Source: Macrostomum lignano
Lineage: Eukaryota
Assembly: GCA_002269645.1 (NCBI GenBank)
Contig: NIVC01003337.1
Span: 39,463 to 103,462 of the forward strand
Length of the DNA: 64,000 bases
Reading direction: 5' to 3'
This document shows, in pieces, positions 1 to 11,926 of this stretch. The notes under the pieces were generated by a model that saw nothing but the letters and a program-made list of their open reading frames with translations, made no database searches and had not been told where the DNA came from. Numbering within the stretch: position 1 is the stretch's first letter; each line of letters begins with the position of its first letter. The position numbers were made by a program, and so were the translations under genes.

Positions 1-1287
1 CTCACTTGGCAAGCAACTCTGCCAGCTGAAATGCCTCGGCTTTGAATTGCGCCAAATCCAATGCAGTTCTGCCATACTCGTTCCTCAGGCTCCAATCGGC
101 ACCTTTCCCCAGCAGGATGCTCCCGACTTCTGAGGCTTTCGCAGGAGCCTCCACGGCGACCGCCATGAGAGGCGTGCTGCCATAGATGTCCTGAAAATTT
201 ACGGAGGCTCCTGCGTCTATCAGGGCGAAAACGGCGTCCGAGTTGCCGCTGCGAGCTGCCACATGCAGGCAGCTCAACGACGCAGTAGAGGCGCATGTTG
301 GGTCTGCCAGTGACAGCAGCTCCTGCCACAAATCCGTGTTGCTGCAGTTGATATTGTTGGCGGCCCACATTGCTGCGGTGAATCCATTAGGGTCAGGCAG
401 GTCGCAGTTGTCACGATTGGCAGCTCTAAGCAGGCCCTCGAAGTCACCAGCTTGAGCCAGCTGCTCCAGCCTCTGCCGATCTGCCTGCTCCTGCAGTGGA
501 GAATGCGGTGCAGTAAGGCCTGTCCTTTTATCACCCCACCTGTCAGGCACTCACCTCACTAGTCAGACCGCTGATCAAACCGTACTTATCAAAGACGAGT
601 CTCATCTCTCTGAATTGAATTTGTGACTGAAAGTGTGACTATTGATGATTTCAACATTTACATCTATCTATCAGTAGTACAAACAACTAACCGTTCAATG
701 AGATTGGCTATGGCACCTTTGGCGAGTGAAAACGCTGTTTGACCGTGCTTGTCTTTCAGTCCCAAAAGCTGCTCTCTCTTGGAGTTGCCTTTACTCAGGC
801 ATTCATTGTACTTAGATTGCCGCAGCTGGTGCAACAGGTGCTTGGCACACCTCCACGAATCAGCCCGAACCGCTTCCATCAGGGGGGTCGCGCCCTGCTC
901 GTTCTGCAGCCACTTGCTCTCGAACGGCAGCAGTACAAGAATCTGGAGGTTGTCAGCTCTGGCTTCCAGGTGAGCAGCCGTGTCGCCAGCCCGGTCGGTT
1001 GCAAAAGGGTCAAAGTTCTGAGCAAATAAGTACATTACGCACTTTTCTGTTCCGGCAGATTTCTGTTGCTGAGCAGTTTCGGCCAAACGCATGAGGACAG
1101 TCTTCTTCTTACTTGCTTTCAATAAGTGCACTATCTGTTGGAAGTCACCTTTGTTGACTAACTCGACCAATTTCTGCAAAATTAAAATGTATCAATGTCA
1201 GTTCTATTTTCTAGCATGTTGACTAGACAATCAAGGAACAAAAATAAATCAAATTACTCGTGCTTCATCGAAACCTCCTTCAGCCAT
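1..1287 (-). CDS. Multi-exon ankyrin-repeat protein (3' end runs off the window)
   Basis: Exons 1287-1258 (MAEGGFDEAR|gtaatt), 1173-692 (ttttgcag acceptor; phase-2 donor gttagt), 609-555 (ttcag acceptor; donor gtgagt) and 490-<1 (ctgcag acceptor) join in frame and merge ORFs 664..1179 and 2..550. Ankyrin motifs: GDTAAHLEARADN, GATPLMEAVR, GFTAAMWAA, CLHVAARSGN, GSTPLMAVA, GRTALDLA. Confidence 0.85.
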
Positions 1288-3117
1288 TGTTAATCTGGTG
1301 TCAAAAATCAGTGCGCTGATGGCCGCTGGACTGTTTCTTGGAAAGCGTCCAGACCGGTACGCCGGTTCGCGGTGTGACTCAATCGAATCCTGCGGTTGTG
1401 GTGCATTTTGAGTGAATGGAGTTAGTAGAAACTAGCAGTCTGGTGCCCCCCGCTTGGGGGCGGCCAATAGGCAAGGGACAAAAATTATTCATGTGAATTT
1501 TGTTTGCGTCGACATCTCAGCAACTCCCCTGTAAGTCTTGACATCTCAACAATTCCCCCCTCGTAAGCCTTGACATCTCAGCGATTAACTCCTAACAAGC
1601 CTTGACATCTTAGCAATTCCCTCCAAGCCATCTACGAGCTTTTCTTACTTATTTACCTAGATGGTCTGCGATCTGTAATATGTCTAGATTAAATTAACAA
1701 TTGCAGGCATCAAGCCCAGTGGGGCTGCATCAGCTGTATAATTTATTTTACGATTATATATTTTACATATTTAGCATTTACCAGTAACTTGGTTATTAAG
1801 TTTATTTCCTAAGGCAAGCACTTACTTATATTAGAACAAATTTTGCGTAAAAAACTCACCTCGAAGCTTTTAGAATTATTCAAATATATATTAAAAAGTA
1901 CGAGCTTACAATTATAAGTATCGTAAACCTGTTTTGCTGGCGTTGATAAAATTGTTTTTGCCTGGCCGTTTTAACTGGCAGGCATTCTCAGCATATATTT
2001 GTAGTGCTCTGAGAACAATAACTTTCTCAAACTGCCCGATCTCTAAAGAGTAGCTGTTTAGTTTATCGGCACTTTAACTTAACTCATAAGTCTAAAACTA
2101 GTCATGAGAGCATAGCTGCCTACTGAAATGAGACCTGGGGTGCCCAAGGGTGCAAAATTAACAATAGCAAGTTTGTCTGTGCACTCATCAGTCTAAGTCA
2201 AGCATTTTGCATCAAAATAACTGTGTAAACAATTTATGAGAGTCATGTGACAACTCTTTTATGAGCAGCTGAGTCTACTGGACGGGCAGTGAGCTGTCAA
2301 CTGTCTCGAGAGAGAGACACAGCCTCGGCGATATGAATAGATGGCGCGTACATCTTTTTGGTAAGCCATGTCTGACTGCCGTACAAAGTTGTTTAGGAAA
2401 CTGAACTTCCCAAAGGCACATCAACTGCATTATAGCTTAAAGCAGTTTTTACAGCAATTGAAACATTGCATGGCTTCAAGCATTGAAACGACAAAAACGT
2501 GCATCCAACGTTCTTTAAAGTCGCTCGGGGCGGTGAAAGGGCAGTGCGAAAGGACCAGTGGCTCCGACTACGATAGACATAGCTCAACCCTTTGCCAAGG
2601 CACCCTGCGCCTATGTTTGCTCTATGATATCATAATTAAAAATGGCAACTCTTGAAGGTTGAAATCTAGAAGACTGAAACTAATAGTGTCACTGTTGTTC
2701 GGCAGATGATAGTTCATAATCAGAATTCAGTGGAGTTCTCACCAATTGCAAGTTCCCCGCCTTCATTGATTTTGATCATACAGGCCTCGTCAAGATCCCC
2801 GTGTTTAGCATCGTTGGTCCAGGTGCTTTAAAAAATGAGCTCCAACCAGGTATTTACATGTAAATGTTAGATTCAGATAACATAGCTAATCGATGTATTT
2901 CAGTCGTGAATAATAAATATCTGAGCTAGAAAACTGTTTTTACGGTATGAGATGCAGTTGACGGAATCGAGAATTGTGCTCGGCTTCCCTTAAGCCTACG
3001 GGCGCCACAAAGGTGCTCTGATAACAGTGCCCCTGGCATCCTAGAAAACTCGAATTGTTAAACAAAAGCTCAGTACATTTCAACCAGTTTTATTTAACTT
3101 TCCTCTGAAGTTAATCG

Positions 3118-4119
3118 TTAATCGTTACAGCTTTCAAAGCTTCCAAAATAAAAAAGTCGTCCCAGAATGAGCACAGATTCCCAGTTGTCATGGTTGGGGC
3201 TGCTCGCATTGGACTTCAGAATGTTTCTGGCGATTCGGTTGAAATCGCGATTGTAGAGGAACGCGTGGTCGAAACTCTTCGCCAAAGCCGATCTCCTGGT
3301 CAAAGATGAGGCATTCGTGTATTCTAACAAATTTAATCATTTATCGCTGAGATAACTATTTCTGAGTAGTTGATACGGCAAAAAACAGCATCGATTTGTC
3401 ATCAACCAATTTGCCACATGATTCACCACTAAGGCTGGTGTTGCAGAAGCTGCTGAGCTCCTGCCTTGCTTGCAGTTCGGAGAAATAGAATGACTTGAAT
3501 GCCTCCGTGGCGACATCCACCATCAGCAGGTCCAGAATCAGCTGCTGCTTGGCCTTAGAATTGAGAGGCTTTAGTCTTAGACTTCTTTGTTCCGTCCAGT
3601 CTGGAGGTACGGAATGTTTTGTTATCCATATCTTTCATACTTGCATTGCATTGGTGAGGTACAGCGCCAGGCTGGCAAAATTGATCAGGTCCGGCTTCGC
3701 GCTGTCGTACAGCGGTGGCGCCAGAGCGGACACCGGTAGGTGGACAAAATTTAACAGCTCCATTTCGTCTCCAGTTTGTGAGAAGAGTGAGTCACGGTGA
3801 GGCAAAGTATTTCGCACTCTGCTATAATTAGATGAAGCCCACCAGCTTCCCGGATACCTGAAAAAACGCCTTGGGACTCGGATACCTCTTGCAGAACCTG
3901 TGCAGGTCCGCTTTCCACTGCGCGATTCGCGACAGTCTGAGCATTGTTCCCGAAATCGAGTATGTCTCTCGATCCTTGCGACTCCTGCAGTTCTTTGTGA
4001 TGTCGATAGTCTTGCAGAACAGGCTCATAAATCCTTTGCAGCTCATGCTCAGCGAGCTCATTAAAACCACCAACAAGGTGAACGGAATCGAATATGTCAG
4101 ACATATTTGTGTGTAACAC
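3118..4119 (-). pseudogene. Degenerate neprilysin/M13 metallopeptidase-like sequence, catalytically dead and fragmented
   Basis: NFVHLPVSALAPPLYDSAKPDLINFASLALYLTNAMQ aligns by eye with the M13 segment NxIVFPAGILQPPFY..P.ALNYGxIGxVIGHE, but HExxH is absent. A downstream frame LILDLLMVDVATEAFKSF..MLFFAV resembles ENIAD.GG..AY.AY..LFF. The pieces lie in different frames and I could not join them with canonical splice sites. Confidence 0.45.
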
Positions 4120-7100
4120 GTGTCATAACTGTGTATAAGTTTGACAGACAAATAACTTTCGTTTATTTACTCTCTTGAATTCATCGTCTCGAAAAAATTT
4201 AGCTTTTTATTTTTTCAGCACAGGGGTCAGGTGGACTCATAAAGTCCATAGTTAGGTGAAGTCAGTTCTTAGAGTTCCGAAAAGTTTCACCGAAGATTTT
4301 CAGAGAGAAAGAAGCTTTCGAACCACTTTCTAACCAGTCTAGCAAAATATAGTTTCGAAACTTTGGTCATCGAAATTTTTTGGGCAAGTGTCAGTTAAAA
4401 CAATTTGCAAAGTTGATTTTTTTACCTGTACATGTGTTCTCTCGTGGTTCAAAAACTCAGGTGGGTCGAGTCGAGTGTCATTTGAGTCGCCTTGCAGAGC
4501 GCTGACGAACTTCGGCTAAGAAAAAGAAACCTCAGTCTGGTTGCTGCAGCAATCGCTGAGATTCTGTATCCGAGAGGGCGAGCCGTCTTTTGGATACTCG
4601 TTGTGGCGACTGCGGTACCGGATGGGGGGGGGCGCAGTCGCGAGTCCAAGCGTTATAGTTGTCAATTGAAGACAACAGAGATGTTGCACTGTGGACAGTC
4701 TGGCTCACGTTCAGCTGAACAGACAACGAGATGCTGTGCTCTGACGAACAATCCGCTGATCTACTAGGCCAACTTTCTATAAATTTCAATAATGATGGAC
4801 TCGTCTGTCATTAAGTCTAACTTTGCAAATATTTCTCTTATTTTGGATTTGCATTTGGAGCGGTCACAAAAATTAAAAAGTTGAAGTTGAGTTCACCAAA
4901 CTGTTTGAAGCTGTTTCCCCCTCTGACAGTAAACATGGTATCGACGCCAGTTTTAACAAACTGTCGCAAGAAAATTCTCCATCTGCAGATGCCCGTCTCA
5001 TCGCTCAACGCTGCACAGTTGCTCCAGCAGTTCAGCAAGCGCCGGTCGGAAGTAATGCCTTTAAAATGAATGCTTAACCTCCTCTGTTCTAGCTGTTTGC
5101 TTCAATTTGCGTCCTGCAGCTCTGTTACAGCTCGCTCGTGAAGGCTGACAAAGAGTCCATGAATGAGCTGCTTGGGTTGCTCTCAGCTTGCTCGTCAGAG
5201 AGCAGCTTGTGTAGCCGCTGTACCGCAGTGCCGAAGCTTTGCTGCAGTTGGGCTGTTGGGTCCTTGAGATTGCTTCAGCTCAGGGTTGTTCAAGCTATCG
5301 TATACTTAAAGCTGAACGGGGTTGACCCACAAGATCCTGCTTTCCAAGGCTTTGGCAAGGCAGTTTTTCAGAGGCCAATCAAGTGATTATGCTTTTTCGT
5401 CGTCAGTTGCATATCTGCAGGCGCATTGGGACAGAGCGGCGCCAATAAGCACAGTACAAGCAGTATTCTATGAGTCTAGTTGTTCGTTTGCAAGCTGCCA
5501 GTTCTTTTTCAGATAAATTGAAAAAATGCAGGAAGGGCAAGAAAGAAATATCATTTTAGTTTCTTGAAGGAATGAAGTCTGAAGTTTTAAATCTGAATGT
5601 AGCCGTGTGCTCATTTTATGAGTTTGCAGTTTAATGCTTTGCTATCGTATCAGTATGTGTAGCTGAAAAGCTTCCAATCATAGTAGGCTCTGTACGATCG
5701 ATTTTGCCATATATTTATTTATCCGTTAAAAAGCGAGAAACAAGCAGGTTAAGCTTAAAAAGGTAGCGATAATAGCTGATCCTCAGCCAACCAGCAACCA
5801 CCAATCTGTGAAAATTGGTTTCACCAAACCAGTTAATCTGCTTCAGCTGCAGACTGCAGACAGCTCACGGCAAAAATTCAGAACTGCAGTGACTCCTTCA
5901 ACGAAAGTGCAAGACACCGTACTGCATGCATGTTTATCATTTAAACTTTTGAGAACTCAATTTGAATTTTTTAAAAAAATTTAGACCTTGGTCTACCGTA
6001 GGTACAGTTGCATACGATTGTGACGCAATAACACAAAAACCTAAAGCTTACTCAAAGCTTAGTACGATCTTAGTACTCGTACGTAGTGCCGGCATAAAAA
6101 ATAAGCCAAGTGTATTGAACAAGCTTGATAGATGTAATCAAATATATTTGAGGAAAGTTGGACGCAAGGATATTGGAAAAAAGGTAGTAGTTCAGCCAAT
6201 AAAATAGTCAATTCACTGCTGTCTACTGGATACATTAACTCGTTAACTTATTGGATAGATTTTAAAGCAGTTAATTTATATAGCCAACTTCATTTCGTCC
6301 TCTAATTCGTTATGAAAACATTGAGTAAAATAATAAAACACAGCAAAAATATAACAGAAGCAACAGACTTAATTTAACCTCTTAGCTGGATAAATATTTG
6401 CGAGAGACTACTGAGGATAAAATAGTAATCGTTATGAACTTAAAGTACTCGTACGCTCGTATAAAACATAATATTCTGGTTATGTGAAACACCGCGCGAA
6501 TAAGGCAGAGCAGGATAAATATTTTTGTTCAGCAGAAAGAGACAAACAAGAAACAAACAAACATAAACAAACTGAAACAAAATTGTGTAGAAACAAAATA
6601 TGAAAAACATGCTAGAAACAAAAACAAGAGAAACAAGCTTGAATAAAAAACAAGGTGTTACATTAAATCACAAACGCAAGAAAAGCGTAATATAAGACTT
6701 CCGAACAGCTCCTTCGATTTTTAGTAAGCCTCCTAATCACTTATTGTTTGTAGAATACATCTTTGCAGTTGTGCTAATTAAGAAACTTTCTTGTACCGAG
6801 TGATATCAATATATTTGGCGAAGGTCAACTCGCACCAAGATTTTACAAGTACAAGTGCCAAGATTTTACACCTGTCAAGATTTTACACATGCCAAATTTT
6901 TACGCCTATATAAAAATTTTGCTTTTCTTGGTTTCTGAATACGCAATTAAAGAGGATACAGTTAAATAATATGGATACAGTAAACAAAAAGAGCTTATAG
7001 TAACTGGGTAGTGAATAGTAGAACGTATAGTAGCGACATAGGATATTAGTACGTAGTACTCGTAGTAAAATTAGAGTATTGTAGCATTAAATTTTAGTTT

Positions 7101-7348
7101 CTTAGATTAAGCAGCCAAATTAAGTAGGAAAAGATGTTTGTGAAACGTGTAGTTGTACTAAAAAGATATGATTCTAGTTGCCTTGGCTTAGACATCAGGT
7201 ACCCTAGAAAAAAGTGAAGTTCAAGTAAAATATACATTGCTTTTTTTTAAGACCAGATTTTTGTAAAAGGAAAAAAACATGCCAGATGTAAAAACAAGAA
7301 CCAGTTCCGTTACACCGAAAACACAGTCTTCACTTTAACAACCGAGTG

Positions 7349-9298
7349 CTACGAAATTCCCACCTTAGGATTTGAACAATGGCAGCAAGCTAGTGGCTTG
7401 AGACAACAGAGGGGCTGTCGGCTTCTGGAGGAAGTCCTTGTACTTCTGGTACACTCTCGTCTCGTGAACTTGAACCACTTGGCAGCTTGGACTTTAATCA
7501 TGACACGGCGTGAGAAAACAGAGAGGCTTTTGGCTTCTGGAAGAAATCCTTGTACTTCTGGTACACTCTCGTCTCGTGAACTTGAACCACCTGGCCGCTT
7601 GGACTTGAACCATGACCCGGCTTGAGACAACAGAGAGGCTTTCGGCTTCTGGAAAAAATCCTTGTACTTCTGGTACACTCTCGTCTCGTTCTGCAGCAGC
7701 ACCTGCATCAGTTCATCTTTCTTCAAGTTCTCTGCACGGGCCGCGAGCTCTCTAATATCCCTAAGCTGCTGGATTCGCTCAGGGTATCCTTCACGCTTAT
7801 TCATGTCCTCCGCCTCAATCAGCTTGTCAATGTAGTCCACCTCACTCAGCGGATCAGGCTTCAGAGCAATCTCATGCAGTCTCTTAAGGCACTTTGTGCT
7901 CTCGCTAATCAGCTGCATCACTTTGGCTTCGGTTTGCAGATAATCTCCGTAGACTTTTTCCGCTAACTGGCTGGCTGTCAACAGCTTGCCCTGCGCATCG
8001 GTGTAGCGGTTCTTCAACTCTTCCGAAGTCTTCGTGACGGATTCCCGTACAAAAATGAACCGATTTTGCCTGTTCTTGTGCACCGACCACACACAGTGCC
8101 CTGGGCATTCGCGGCATATGCCATCAGACATTGCAACACAGCCTGCTTTGTCACTGTCTACCGGAATAGCACAAGGATAGTGACAGGTTCGGTTGCAGTT
8201 CAGACAGTTTGTGATGTAATGTCCTGGAGGAATAGCTTCTTCTACCCTATTTTCCTCAACAACCGTGTAGGTGAAGTTCTTGTTCCGGTTCAGATCTTTT
8301 CGATGACTTTTTATTACATCTATCTCACGCTCCAGTTGGTTAAGAGCGCTGATACCTAAGTGGATCTCGTTCTTGATGGCAATTAAGTGAGTTTGCAATC
8401 TCTGACGCTCAGTCAGAACGTCTTTTGTTAGAGTCAGACTTTTGGCCTCTGTCTTGTTTAACTGAGAAAAGAAGTCCTTAAAGCTCTGCATTCCCACGTC
8501 CCAGAACATCTTGTTGAACATCTGGCTCTTGGAATCCATTTCGTGGCTTTTGGCAAACACAGCCGAATTGTTGAACTTGGTGTGCGACTTGTACACGATA
8601 CCCGCTTCTTTGAGCGACTCCAGTACCGGTGGGACGCTAGCGTCGGCGGAAGTGATCATGACAAAGATGTTATCGCCAATGTCCTTCCCAAAGAGGGAAA
8701 TTATCGCGTCATAGACGGATCGCTGGGTCGATGTCAGCCTGGTGACACCAGACGGCACCACGAAGCCCACAGCGTCCAGATGATCGACGCCAGCTGGAGA
8801 AGAAAAGAACTCCCGAATTCGAGCTACAATCTTCTTCTTCTTCTTCTTCTTCACGATGCCGCCAGTGTCACCGAACCCAGGAGTGTCCAACAGCGTCAGA
8901 GTGAATGGCTGCTGGCAGCCCTCGCGGTGATGAAATGTATAGGAGGTGACCCACTGTGTCTGGCTTTTTGAATGAGACTTCTGCTGGCTTTTTTCCTTGG
9001 AATCGGGGCTAATACTGAAGCGATAATTGTCTTCGAACTTCAGTCCAAAGTTGTAGTTGACCATTGAATTAATCAGCGACCCAGTTTCACCAACCATCAT
9101 GATCACCTTCTCTTCAACAGCTGAAGTTGGATCTTTGCGACCGAGCTCCATTTTCCGAACCTGGTATTTCTCATCGCATGCTGTCTGGTCCATTTGCAGT
9201 TCGTACTCAACTGGCTCTGCATCGCTGAGCTTCCGCGAAGAAAGCAGCAATTCATATTTTAGTTTATCCACAGAATTTGGCTTGACTTTTTGACTCAT
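7349..9298 (-). CDS. TRAFAC-class (septin/AIG1-like) GTPase-domain protein with coiled coil and Cys-rich domain; Walker A deleted
   Basis: 649-aa ORF: VGETGS-LINSMVN (GKS/T missing), LLDTPGFGDT (G3), ITSAD (G4-like), KFNNSAVF, and CLNCNRTCHYPC..C..CRECPGHCVWSVH. It is collinear with the C-terminal half of the 54646 gene. The ATG has an in-frame stop upstream and a 3' splice acceptor 13 nt upstream. Confidence 0.85.
   Translation of the reverse strand: MSQKVKPNSVDKLKYELLLSSRKLSDAEPVEYELQMDQTACDEKYQVRKMELGRKDPTSAVEEKVIMMVGETGSLINSMVNYNFGLKFEDNYRFSISPDSKEKSQQKSHSKSQTQWVTSYTFHHREGCQQPFTLTLLDTPGFGDTGGIVKKKKKKKIVARIREFFSSPAGVDHLDAVGFVVPSGVTRLTSTQRSVYDAIISLFGKDIGDNIFVMITSADASVPPVLESLKEAGIVYKSHTKFNNSAVFAKSHEMDSKSQMFNKMFWDVGMQSFKDFFSQLNKTEAKSLTLTKDVLTERQRLQTHLIAIKNEIHLGISALNQLEREIDVIKSHRKDLNRNKNFTYTVVEENRVEEAIPPGHYITNCLNCNRTCHYPCAIPVDSDKAGCVAMSDGICRECPGHCVWSVHKNRQNRFIFVRESVTKTSEELKNRYTDAQGKLLTASQLAEKVYGDYLQTEAKVMQLISESTKCLKRLHEIALKPDPLSEVDYIDKLIEAEDMNKREGYPERIQQLRDIRELAARAENLKKDELMQVLLQNETRVYQKYKDFFQKPKASLLSQAGSWFKSKRPGGSSSRDESVPEVQGFLPEAKSLSVFSRRVMIKVQAAKWFKFTRRECTRSTRTSSRSRQPLCCLKPLACCHCSNPKVGIS
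7392..7689. repeat. 112-bp unit in about 3 tandem copies inside the 3' end of the GTPase ORF
   Basis: The motif cttgtacttctggtacactctcgtctcg recurs three times with period 112 (ORF-track starts 7398 and 7622 are 224 apart). Confidence 0.9.
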
Positions 9299-9649
9299 TG
9301 TGACTGTCTACCTGAAGTGAGAAACGCATTTGTCAATTTTTCTTACAATTTACTTCGTAACTCATGCTATTAAATTATGTTACGTACGGCAAAGCCGTTC
9401 TATATTTTTTTAGGTCATCGGGGATATGCCGATTTTTTTGTAGCCAACTGGGCCAAGAAGAGGCAAAGGGAAGCGAACGAAACGAAACGAAATGGGTGAG
9501 CGAGAAACGGTTGCATCAATCTTTTAAGCAAATTTCTTGACGTCATGTCAAAATAAAGAAAGGATGTAAAAGCAATCAACACCACAAAAATTCGAGCCGA
9601 GTTGCCCACACAGCCGAGCAAAGCACATGAATGAAATTCTGTCTCTGTA

Positions 9650-10290
9650 TTGGGGCTGTCTATGAGTTGGGGGCTGTCTTTGAGTTGGGGGTTGTCTATG
9701 AGTTGGGGGCTGTCTTTGAGTTGAGGGCTGTCTATGAGTTGGGGGCTGTCTATGAGTTGGGGGTTGTCTATGAGTTGGGGGCTGTCTATGAGTTGAGGGC
9801 TGTCTATGAGTTGGGGGCTGTCTATGAGTTGGGGGCTGTCTATGAGTTGGGGGTTGTCTCTGAGTTGGGGGCTGACTATGAGTTGGGGGCTGTAAATGAG
9901 TTGGGGGCTGTCTATGAGTTGGGGGTTGTCTAAGAGTTGGGGGCTGTCTATGATTTGGGGTTTGTCTATGAGTTGAGGGCTGTCTATGAGTTGGGGGCTG
10001 TCTATGAGTTGGGGGCTGTCTATGAGTTGGGGGCTGTCTATGTGTTGGGGGCTGTCTATGAGTTGGGGGTTGTCTATGAGTTGGGGCTGTCTTTAAGTTG
10101 GAGGCTGTCTATGAGTTGAGGGCTGTCTATGAGTTGGGGGCTGCCTATGAGTTGGGGGTTGTCTATGAGTTGGGGGCTGCCTATGAGTTGGGGGTTGTCT
10201 ATGAGTTGGGGCTGTCTTTAAGTTGGAGGCTGTCTATGAGTTGAGGGCTTTCTATGAGTTGGGGGTTGTCTATGAGTTGAGGGCTGTTTA
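9650..10290. repeat. 18-bp minisatellite (GAGTTGGGGGCTGTCTAT)n
   Basis: About 35 directly visible tandem copies with point variants. Confidence 0.97.
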
Positions 10291-11169
10291 CTCTAAACAG
10301 TAGGCTGTTTATAGTTGGGATTTCCATCACCAGTAAAAACAAGGGGTAATTGTTTCATAGTGGAGCAATGTGCCACACTTAAAGCAGCAATGCAGAAGCA
10401 AATTCTGCCGAACTCACCGACTGTGCAGGCGATTCTATGCTGATTTTAGAGTCTTCAGAAGCGCACCATTTAACCAAAGTTAAAAGCGCGCTTCAATTGT
10501 TCAATTGAATCAGTGCCCACCCCGTTTTATACGCTAGTAGATCCACGACGTTCCTTATTTTTCTAACAAGAGATGCAAGTGCTATTTTTAGAGAGGGATT
10601 TAGAAATGAAGATATTTGGCGGAGGAGAGATTGATAGTTTGGAGAGTACATGTTCTCTGTACATGTAGCTTATTGAAGTTCCCTTTTAATTTTGCTTTGC
10701 GTACTCACGGTACTCAAGGTAGGCTATTATGAGTCGAAAAAGCAGAAACAAAAATGTGCGTTTTAAAAGCTGAAGCTATTATATTTGTTTTCCCTACTGT
10801 GGAAGTTCCTCATTGGAACTGGAACTGAAACACGCCACGTCTATTTTTGAAATGATAGTACGCTTGCACTTTTGCTAGCATCGGAACGGAGCAACCCGGC
10901 TATGCACAAAAATTAAGGACACGGATTAATGTTTTCTTGAGCATCTTTTCAAACAAGAATCAATTCGCCAAGCCCACTGGACCGGCGAGATATTCAACGA
11001 TGCTACCAGAAGAGCTGCTACTCTCATGCATGGTGTAAGAGCTTCAATACAGCCTGTGCGTCAATCAGCACTGCGCCTCAGTGCGGACATCAAATTGCAT
11101 CCTCCAAAAGCTAATTCGTGTTTTTGAATCAATGACACCTAGATATTCTTATTTAGGGGTTCGGCATTT

Positions 11170-11926
11170 TAGGGGTGCCATTTCATGGGTGCCATTATAT
11201 GGGTGCCATTACAGGGGTGCCATTCCAGGGGTGCCATTACAGGGGTGCCATTACAGGGGTGCCATTCCAGGGGTGCCATTCCATGGGTGCCATTCCATGG
11301 GTGCCATTACAGGGGTGCCATTACAGGGGTGCCATTACAGGGGTGCCATTCCATGGGTGCCATTACAGGGGTGCCATTACAGGGGTGCCATTACAGGGGT
11401 GCCATTACAGGGGTGCCATTACAGGGGTGCCATTCCAGGGGTGCCATTCCATGGGTGCCATTACAGGGGTGCCATTACAGGGGTGCCATTACTGGGGTGC
11501 CATTACAGGGGTGCCATTCCAGGGGTGCCATTCCATGGGTGCCATTACAGGGGTGCCATTACAGGGGTGCCATTCCATGGGTGCCATTACAGGGGTGCCA
11601 TTACAGGGGTGCCATTACAGGGGTGCCATTACAGGGGTGCCATTACAGGGGTGCCATTACAGGGGTGCCATTACAGGGGTGCCATTACAGGGGTGCCATT
11701 ACAGGGGTGCCATTACAGGGGTGCCATTACAGGGGTGCCATTCCATGGGTGCCATTACAGGGGTGCCATTACAGGGGTGCCATTACAGGGGTGCCATTAC
11801 AGGGGTGCCATTCCATGGGTGCCATTACAGGGGTGCCATTACAGGGGTGCCATTACAGGGGTGCCATTACAGGGTTGCCATTACAGGGGTGCCATTACAG
11901 GGGTGCCATTACAGGGGTGCCATTCC
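11170..11926. repeat. 14-bp minisatellite (GGGGTGCCATTACA)n with a GGGTGCCATTCCAT variant
   Basis: Directly visible tandem array; it explains the three overlapping repetitive ORFs. Confidence 0.97.

Noticed and set aside
555-1179. Two separate ankyrin genes arranged as an operon
   Set aside because: A phase-2 donor at 691 and the acceptor at 610 join the ORFs in frame, so a single multi-exon gene is simpler.
7398-8971. Plus-strand ORFs overlapping the GTPase, toxin, LINE and GPCR coding regions (here and elsewhere)
   Set aside because: Antisense or alternative-frame shadows of real coding sequence, with no independent motifs.
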